A stretch of DNA of 64,000 bases from an uncultured Verrucomicrobiae bacterium. Its GTDB lineage: Bacteria > Verrucomicrobiota > Verrucomicrobiia > Limisphaerales > Palsa-1400. A model generated the notes under the pieces. That model was not told the origin of the DNA. It saw only the letters and a list, made by a program, of their open reading frames with translations, and ran no database searches. The position numbers were made by a program, and so were the translations under genes. The DNA is taken from positions 5,216,001 through 5,280,000 of the forward strand of contig OY969763.1 of NCBI GenBank assembly GCA_963702845.1, written 5' to 3'. Every line of letters begins with the position of its first letter. The first letter of the stretch is position 1. Positions 29,949-36,283 of the stretch are shown here, in pieces.

Positions 29949-31751
29949 ATGAAAATTGAAATTCCCTCACTCACAAAATGGTTGGGCAAAAAGTCCCAAA
30001 CGAAAAAGCGCACCGGCGGCTGGACCATCGAAGAATGGCGGCGCGGGGATGACCTCGATCATCCACAAACACGATTCGTCATGCCTTACGCTCAATCGGC
30101 GTGGGTTTACGTGGCGGTGAGCGTGCTCGCGGAAACCGTCGCGCACATTCCGTTTCGCTTTTCGCGCGGACGGCCCAAAGGCGAGGAACTGGTCGAAACC
30201 GGCCCACTGGTGGAACTGTTTCGTCAACCCGCCAGCGGCATCACCCGCACGTTATTTTGGCAAACGCTGGTTTCCTGGGAAGCGTTGCGCGGCGAGTTTT
30301 TCATCGTGCCGCTGGATACTGCTGGCCGCGTGTTGCGTCCGGGTCGCGGCATGTTGCCGAAGCAATTGATGACGCTCAACCCCGATCACATGCAAGAAAT
30401 CGTGCGCAAGAACGAATTGGTCGGCTGGCGTTGCACCGCGCCGGAAGGCTCGTCGCCGATGGGCGCGCTATTGCTCTTGCCGGAAGAGGTCATTCATTCG
30501 CGCAGTTTCAATCCGTATCTCTATTGGCGTGGCATGTCGCCGTTGTCGGTGGCGATGATGGCGGCGGAATCCGATTTCGCAGCGGCTCAGTTCATGAAGG
30601 CGGTGATGGAAAACAACGGTGAGTCCGGCTTGATTGTCACGAGCAGCACCGACCTGCGCGACGATCAAAAGGCGCAAATCCTCGCGCAACTGAGCGCTCG
30701 CCGACGCAACAACACCGCATTGAACAAACCGCTCTTGCTCAACGGCAATTTCACCGTGCAAAAGCCGATGTTGTCCAGCGCCGACATGCAGTTCCTGGAC
30801 AATCGCCGCATGAACCGCGAGGAGATCGGCGCGATCTACAAAGTGCCGGAATCGATGATGGGTTTTGGCGATGAAAAGAGCGGCTTGAGCGCAGGCACGG
30901 CCATGCAGCAGGACCGCTTGAACTTCATCGAGAACACGATCACCGGTTTGCGCCGCCGATTGGAATCGGCACTGGAACCGATCATCCAAAGTTTCGACCC
31001 CGAGTTGCACGGATGGTTCGACATCGAGTCGTTGCCCATCATGCAAACGGCGCGTCGCGATCGTTTGGTCAGTGCTGAGAAGGCGTTCGGGATGGGCGTT
31101 CCCTTCAACGAAATCAACGAATTGTTCGGTCTCGGTTTTCGGCCGATGCCGTGGGGCGGCAAAGGTTTCGTGAATACGAACCTCGTTGAACTCGGTGATC
31201 TCCCCGGAGTGCGGAGTGCGAGGCCGGCGTCCGGCTCCACGTCCGCAGCAAGGTCGTCTGCAACCAGCGCTCCCGGATTATTGAAGAACCCAGAACTCGC
31301 TGTGGGCCGCATGCTCCAACTCGTGGATCAAACAACTCCGAAGGAGTTGCAGCCTTCAGCCCAGGGTTGTCTCGCGCCAAGCGAGACTACCCTGGGTAAC
31401 AAACCCAAAATGTTCGACAACCCTGAAAGGGTTGCGGCAACGAAAGCCCAACAACCAAAGCTTCGCCGGTTCCTCTTCGAACAACGCAATCGGGCGTTGG
31501 CGCAACTGGAACAGGAATTCGGTTTCCTGCACGTGCGCTTTCAACACGGTGAAGAGATTGATCCATTGCTCAACATCGAACGCGAAAACGAATTCCTCTT
31601 CGAACGCCTCGGCCTGGCCGATGGACTTCTCGTCGAAGCAAACGAAAAGCGTTTGTGTGAACTCAACGACGTCGTCCGCAAAGGCCTTGAGGCCGATGAA
31701 GACTTCGCCGAAGTGGCCAACCGCGTGAAACGGATTTTCACCAACAACTAA
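29949..31751 (+). CDS. Phage portal protein (HK97-like) with C-terminal extension
   Basis: WVYVAVSVLAETVAHIPF, LRGEFF, EVIHSRSFNP...GMSPL, DMQFLDNRR..REEIGAIYKVP and PFNEI. Confidence 0.92.
   Translation: MKIEIPSLTKWLGKKSQTKKRTGGWTIEEWRRGDDLDHPQTRFVMPYAQSAWVYVAVSVLAETVAHIPFRFSRGRPKGEELVETGPLVELFRQPASGITRTLFWQTLVSWEALRGEFFIVPLDTAGRVLRPGRGMLPKQLMTLNPDHMQEIVRKNELVGWRCTAPEGSSPMGALLLLPEEVIHSRSFNPYLYWRGMSPLSVAMMAAESDFAAAQFMKAVMENNGESGLIVTSSTDLRDDQKAQILAQLSARRRNNTALNKPLLLNGNFTVQKPMLSSADMQFLDNRRMNREEIGAIYKVPESMMGFGDEKSGLSAGTAMQQDRLNFIENTITGLRRRLESALEPIIQSFDPELHGWFDIESLPIMQTARRDRLVSAEKAFGMGVPFNEINELFGLGFRPMPWGGKGFVNTNLVELGDLPGVRSARPASGSTSAARSSATSAPGLLKNPELAVGRMLQLVDQTTPKELQPSAQGCLAPSETTLGNKPKMFDNPERVAATKAQQPKLRRFLFEQRNRALAQLEQEFGFLHVRFQHGEEIDPLLNIERENEFLFERLGLADGLLVEANEKRLCELNDVVRKGLEADEDFAEVANRVKRIFTNN
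31333..31435. repeat. REP-like palindromic element inside the portal coding sequence
   Basis: Hairpins caactccgaaggagttg, cccagggttg..ctaccctggg and caaccctgaaagggttg. Confidence 0.7.
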
Positions 31752-31802
31752 CCACGAGGCACGAGACCACGCCTCGCAACAAAAGAAAGAACAAACGAAA
31801 GT

Positions 31803-33251
31803 ATGAACAATAAAAGAGAAACATTCATCGGGCGGGCCAAGATTGTGCCCGCGTGCAGCGATCATTTTTTGCTGCCGTATCAATACAAATGGGCCACCGA
31901 CTACGCGCGCTTAAAGCTCGCCGTCAAGGCACGCCAAATCGGCTGGACCTGGACGGAAGCGTATTCGCTCGTGCGCCGCAAAGCGCAGAACGGCGCAACC
32001 GGCGACGTCTGGATTTCCAGTCGCGACGAAACGCAGGCAAAGCTGGTTGTCGAAGATTGCCGGAATTTTGCCAACGTGCTGGACGTCGGCGCGCGTGCTT
32101 TTAGCGAACTCGTTTTTGACGCAGCTAATTCCAGCGCGTAGACGATCGAGTTCGCCAATAACACGCGCATTCACTCGATGTCATCGAATCCCGACGCGCT
32201 AGCCGGCAAACGCGGCGATCGCGTCCTGGACGAGTTCGCGCTCCACCCGGACCCGCGCAAATTGTATTCCATCGCCTATCCCGGCATCACGTGGGGTGGG
32301 AGCCTGGAAATCTTTTCGACGCATCGCGGCACGGACAATTATTTCAACGTGCTCATCAACGAGATTTTGCACGGCGGAAATCCGAAAGGGTTCAGTTTCC
32401 ACCGTACCACGTTGCAGGACGCGCTCGACCAGGGGTTCTTGCACAAACTGCAAATGAACTTGCCACCGGAGGATCCGCGCCAGCAAATGGACGAAGCCGA
32501 TTACTTCAACTTCATCCGCGCCGGTTGTCCCGACGAGGAGACGTTTCAACAGGAGTATATGTGCGTGCCCGGCGATGATGCCTCGGCGTTCTTGTCGTAT
32601 GACCTGATTGGGTCGTGTGAAGGGCCGGAGCCTGCGCCAATCACGGACAGCTCCGAACTTTACGTGGGAGTCGATATCGGACGTGAGCGCGACCTGACGG
32701 TGATTTGGGTCCTGGAAAAACTCGGGGACGTTTTTTACACGCAATTCGTGCATGTGATGAATTGCGAAACGTTCGATGCCCAGGAAAGCGCGCTCTATGC
32801 GTTGCTCGAAGATCGGCAGGTGAAACGCTGTTGCATCGACCAAACCGGCATCGGCCGCCAATTCGCCGAACGCGCGCAAAAGCGGTTTGGGAAATACCGG
32901 ATCGAAGGGATCAGCTTCACGAGCGCCGTGAAAGAGGAACTCGCGTATCCGGTGCGCTCGGCGTTCGAATCGCGGGCATTACGAATTCCCGTCGACCCGA
33001 AAATCCGCGCCGATTTGCGGGCGATCAAAAAGGAAATCACTGCGAGCGGCAACATCCGCTTCACCGCCGATCGCGGTGAAAACGGTCACTCGGACCGCTT
33101 CTGGGCCTTAACCCTGGCCTTGCACGCCGGCAGCCGCCCACCAAGCAGCGGGCCCATCGGCGCATGTGGCGTAAACAATGTCCTGAAGGGGCGATTGGCA
33201 TCATCAATCACCCCTTCAGGACATCCTCTTTACAAGAGCCGACTTCGGTAG
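31803..33251 (+). CDS. Terminase large subunit (Mu gp28-like), interrupted by an in-frame TAG at 32139-32141
   Basis: LLPYQ, KARQIGWT (Walker A), VLDEFA (Walker B), STHRG, GVDIGR, IDQTGIG and HSDRFWA. The two ORF halves are in the same frame (32178-31803=375). Confidence 0.9.
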
Positions 33252-33268
33252 CAATCTGACGAATATCT

Positions 33269-33652
33269 ATGAGTAACGTTCCGGGTGATTTGAAATTCGC
33301 CAAAAGCCACGAATGGGTCCGCTTGAATGGAGATATCGCGACGGTCGGTATCAGCGACCACGCGCAGCATGAATTGACCGACGTGGTGTTCGCCGAGGTG
33401 CCGCAGGTCGGGCGCAAAGTGAAGGCCGGCGAGGCGACGGCAGTGGTGGAATCGGTGAAGACGGCGAGCGATGTTTATTCGCCGGTCAGCGGAGAGATCG
33501 TGGAAGCGAACGCTGAGTTGACCTCAAATCCGGAACTGGTGAACAAGGAACCTTACGGTAAAGGTTGGTTTTTCAAGGTAAAGCTGTCGAACCCATCGGA
33601 ACTGAATTCGTTGATGGATGCGACAGCTTATACCAAGCAGATTTCAGGCTAA
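33269..33652 (+). CDS. gcvH: Glycine cleavage system H protein
   Basis: [17 protein letters not shown] (lipoyl Lys), SPVSG and PYGKGW. Confidence 0.97.
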   Translation: MSNVPGDLKFAKSHEWVRLNGDIATVGISDHAQHELTDVVFAEVPQVGRKVKAGEATAVVESVKTASDVYSPVSGEIVEANAELTSNPELVNKEPYGKGWFFKVKLSNPSELNSLMDATAYTKQISG

Positions 33653-34045
33653 TCACAGCCTTGCCATTGCGGCTTCGATCTGGCGCAAGGTTTCCGGGGT
33701 GAGGCCTTTCTTGGCTTCGGGTTTTTCCAAAGCTTCCTGGACCTTCTGCTTTTGCGCGGTGACGTTTTCTTTGTACATCGCCAACTCGAGTTCGACCTTG
33801 AGCCGTTTGGTTCGTTCGCTCGTTTGCTCGAGGATTGTGCGGGCAAGCTCGAGGTATTCTTTCTGATTCTGGATATTCGTCTTCAACTTGCTCAAATCGA
33901 ACGATTCGAGCAGGTCGTTGATTTGATGGGCGAGCAACGTTTCGTTTAACGCGTTGGCGTCGATTTTGTGTTTTGTTTCCAGCTCGCGCGCCCAGTCGAG
34001 GGCCGCGCGGCTGCGGTTTTGTTTTGTTTCAGTTTCGGTGTTCAT
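33653..34045 (-). CDS. Helical phage protein resembling Mu gp27/DUF3486 (candidate small terminase subunit)
   Basis: All-helical, with C-terminal KKGLTPETLRQIE. It is the last gene of the lysis-like operon, next to a Mu-type TerL. Confidence 0.5.
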   Translation of the reverse strand: MNTETETKQNRSRAALDWARELETKHKIDANALNETLLAHQINDLLESFDLSKLKTNIQNQKEYLELARTILEQTSERTKRLKVELELAMYKENVTAQKQKVQEALEKPEAKKGLTPETLRQIEAAMARL

Positions 34046-34052
34046 AGTGGTC

Positions 34053-34373
34053 CTATTCGTTTGAGATTTTGCCGCGGATATAGGCGACGTCTTCGGCCAC
34101 GCGATTTATTTTTTCGTATAAATCGGCGAGGCTGCGGGCGCGTTCGATGGTGAATTCGCGGAAGCGTTCGTCCATTTCGCCCCGCAACAGTTCGTGCCGA
34201 CGCTCGCAATCGGCGGAAAGCCGCTTGATGTCGTCGGTGATGATTTGGTTTTTGCCGAAGAGTTTTCGGCAACGTGCAGTAACTTCGAGGGCGAGATAGC
34301 TTACGGCTAGCGCGCCGGTGAGGCCCAGGAGCCAGTTGGCGGTGATGGGCCAAGGGATGTTTTCGGGTGTCAT
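34053..34373 (-). CDS. Small phage-type membrane protein (TM + coiled coil)
   Basis: NWLLGLTGALAVSYLAL then a coiled coil ending KINRVAEDVAYIRGKI. Start at 34373, after a REP. Confidence 0.6.
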   Translation of the reverse strand: MTPENIPWPITANWLLGLTGALAVSYLALEVTARCRKLFGKNQIITDDIKRLSADCERRHELLRGEMDERFREFTIERARSLADLYEKINRVAEDVAYIRGKISNE

Positions 34374-34452
34374 AATTAGTTTTCTAGTGTTCAGATTTTT
34401 CGGAGTGCGGGCGTCTCGCGCTGCGGACGTGGACGTCCGCACTCCGGAAGTT

Positions 34453-34690
34453 TCATTTTTGTAGTTCTTCAATCCGGTCGGCCACGGCTTTGCGATAGCG
34501 TTGGTATTTCGCCATTGGGCATAAACACGCCGTCGGCCGGCACGTGGAGGACCTGGTTTGATTTCACGAATGTTTCAGTTTGGTCGGCGCTGATCACCAC
34601 TACTCGTGGCGCGTTGCAGGCGGTCGAGCTCATCCAGATCGCTGTTGCTGTGCAGAGCAGCAGCGTTGGAATTTTGCGTGGCGATGTCGC
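34453..34690 (-). CDS. Putative o-spanin-like lipoprotein (one extra base near 34511)
   Basis: RKIPTLLLCTATAIWMSSTA-C (Cys at 34618-34616) NAPRVVVISAD..., continuing KYQRYRKAVADRIEELQK* in the adjacent frame. Not in the ORF track. Confidence 0.45.
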
Positions 34691-34818
34691 GGTCGATTTT
34701 GTTCATAACGGTTTTTGTTTTGTATTCGTGGATCGTTGGTTTGCGCGTCGCGCCGTTTCAGGAACCAAAAAATGATTCCCAAAACGAGCGACACGAGGCT
34801 GATGATCGCGGTTGTCAT
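34575..34818 (-). CDS. Putative i-spanin-like protein (one extra A near 34697-34700)
   Basis: N-terminal TM MTTAIISLVSLVLGIIFWFLKRR. The helical tail IDRDIATQN...DLDELDRLQRA continues in the adjacent frame and overlaps the lipoprotein signal. Confidence 0.45.
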
Positions 34819-35132
34819 TCCTTTGGTTCGGGTTTGATGCCGAGGGTCGGCAGTTTGATTGAGCCAATGAAATCAAGGCCGAAGCTCAACCACTTATAGA
34901 CCGGGCCGGTTTCGAAGTGTTGCAGGCGACCGTATTCCTCGGGCGAGCAGTTGGCTTTGATGTAGCTATCGAGCAGCGCCATGACGGGCTTGAAGAGGAC
35001 ACGCAGCGCGCCGATGACGAGCAGCGAAGTCGCAAGCCAGGGATAGTGCTGGGCGAGGTTGATGAAGAAGCCGGCGATGCCTGAGTCGGCGAGCGACGCG
35101 GGGTCGGCGGTGATTTGGGCCAGTAGTTTCAT
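34815..35132 (-). CDS. Holin-like small membrane protein
   Basis: 105 aa with hydrophobic segment PWLATSLLVIGALRVLFKPV and a charged C-terminus. It is the first gene after motif copy 4. Confidence 0.5.
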   Translation of the reverse strand: MKLLAQITADPASLADSGIAGFFINLAQHYPWLATSLLVIGALRVLFKPVMALLDSYIKANCSPEEYGRLQHFETGPVYKWLSFGLDFIGSIKLPTLGIKPEPKE

Positions 35133-35245
35133 ATGTTTTGATCTCCGAAAGACGGCGGCCGTTTTGGCTGGACTGAATCCGACATCCGGTTTTCGTGGGC
35201 CGGAGGTTGCCGTCACGAAATGGTTTTACCGTGTAACCGCTACTT

Positions 35246-35297
35246 GTGCAAAAACTGTAGGGAAAGGAGGGAAACCAGGGAAAGAAACAGCACTTTT
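35246..35297 (-). promoter_or_regulatory. Shared phage-module promoter element, copy 4 (faces the lysis-like operon)
   Basis: Minus strand aaaagtgctgtttctttccctggtttccctcctttccctacagtttTTGCAC. Confidence 0.8.
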
Positions 35298-35357
35298 ATA
35301 TGACAAAAAGCGGTGTTTTTAGGCTGGTGGCATGGTTCTTGAGTGATTGGAAGGCTG

Positions 35358-35433
35358 GTTTTAGCCACGGATGAAACACAGATTTCTCTTGAACATCATC
35401 CGTGTTTCATCTGTGTTTTATCAGTGGCTAAAA
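35358..35433. repeat. REP-like inverted repeat
   Basis: ttttagccacggatgaaacacagat ... atccgtgtttcatctgtgttttatcagtggctaaaa. Confidence 0.65.
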
Positions 35434-36227
35434 TAACTCCTCTTACTGTTCGTCGCGCTTTCCTCCTGTGCGCGGTCGCGTTCACACTCAACCTCCACGC
35501 CGCCGAGACCTTTCGCGTGATGACTTACAATATTCACCACGGCGAAGGGCTCGACCATAAGGTTGATCTTCCGCGGATTGCCGCGCTCATCAAACGTGAA
35601 AAGGCTGACATCGTCGCGCTGCAGGAGGTGGATAAAGGTGTCGCGCGCACGGACCGTCGTGACCTGACTGCCGAGCTCGCCAAGCTCACCGGGATGACAG
35701 GGGTCTTCAGCAATAATCATCCCTATCAAGGCGGCGAATACGGTAACGCCATCCTGTCTCGGTTTCCTGTTCTGACGCGCACGAATCTTCATTATCAGAT
35801 GTTATACACCAACGAACAACGCGGCGCGCTGCAGGTGACGGTCGACGTGGGCGGCAAACAACTCTATTTCTTGGACACCCATGTTGACTTTCGTCCTGGC
35901 GACGCGGAACGGTTGAAAAATGTGGGAGAACTCAAACAATTGGTGGCCGCGCACCACGAGTTGCCGATTATTATCTGTGGCGATTTCAACTCGAAACCTG
36001 ATTCCACCACGTATAAAGCGATGGCGGCGATTTTGGACGATGCGTGGGTTTTGGTTTCCAAAGATCCCGGTTATTCGTTTCCCGCTGACGCGCCTGATCG
36101 GCGTATTGATTACCAGTGGGTGTCGCACGGGTCTGTGATTCCAGTCCGGGCGTGGGTTCCGGAAACCGAAGCGTCGGATCATCGGCCGGTGATGGTTGAA
36201 TACAAACTCAAGTCGCCTACGAATTAG
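35424..36227 (+). CDS. Secreted endonuclease/exonuclease/phosphatase-family protein
   Basis: MTYNIHHG, DIVALQEVD, GNAILSR, CGDFN, RIDY and SDHRPV. The start is approximate. Confidence 0.9.
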   Translation: MAKITPLTVRRAFLLCAVAFTLNLHAAETFRVMTYNIHHGEGLDHKVDLPRIAALIKREKADIVALQEVDKGVARTDRRDLTAELAKLTGMTGVFSNNHPYQGGEYGNAILSRFPVLTRTNLHYQMLYTNEQRGALQVTVDVGGKQLYFLDTHVDFRPGDAERLKNVGELKQLVAAHHELPIIICGDFNSKPDSTTYKAMAAILDDAWVLVSKDPGYSFPADAPDRRIDYQWVSHGSVIPVRAWVPETEASDHRPVMVEYKLKSPTN

Positions 36228-36283
36228 GATGAAATAATCGGGTGTTCATTTACGTCTAATTCTCGTAAGCTGAAATTCTCCTG

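Noticed and set aside
32139..32141. Genome-wide amber recoding or pyrrolysine
   Set aside because: TAG terminates several genes normally, and no suppressor tRNA or pyl genes are in the window.
7307..35345. Intact temperate prophage
   Set aside because: No integrase or transposase, att repeats, tail or endolysin. Modules face different directions and are interrupted by host genes and REPs.
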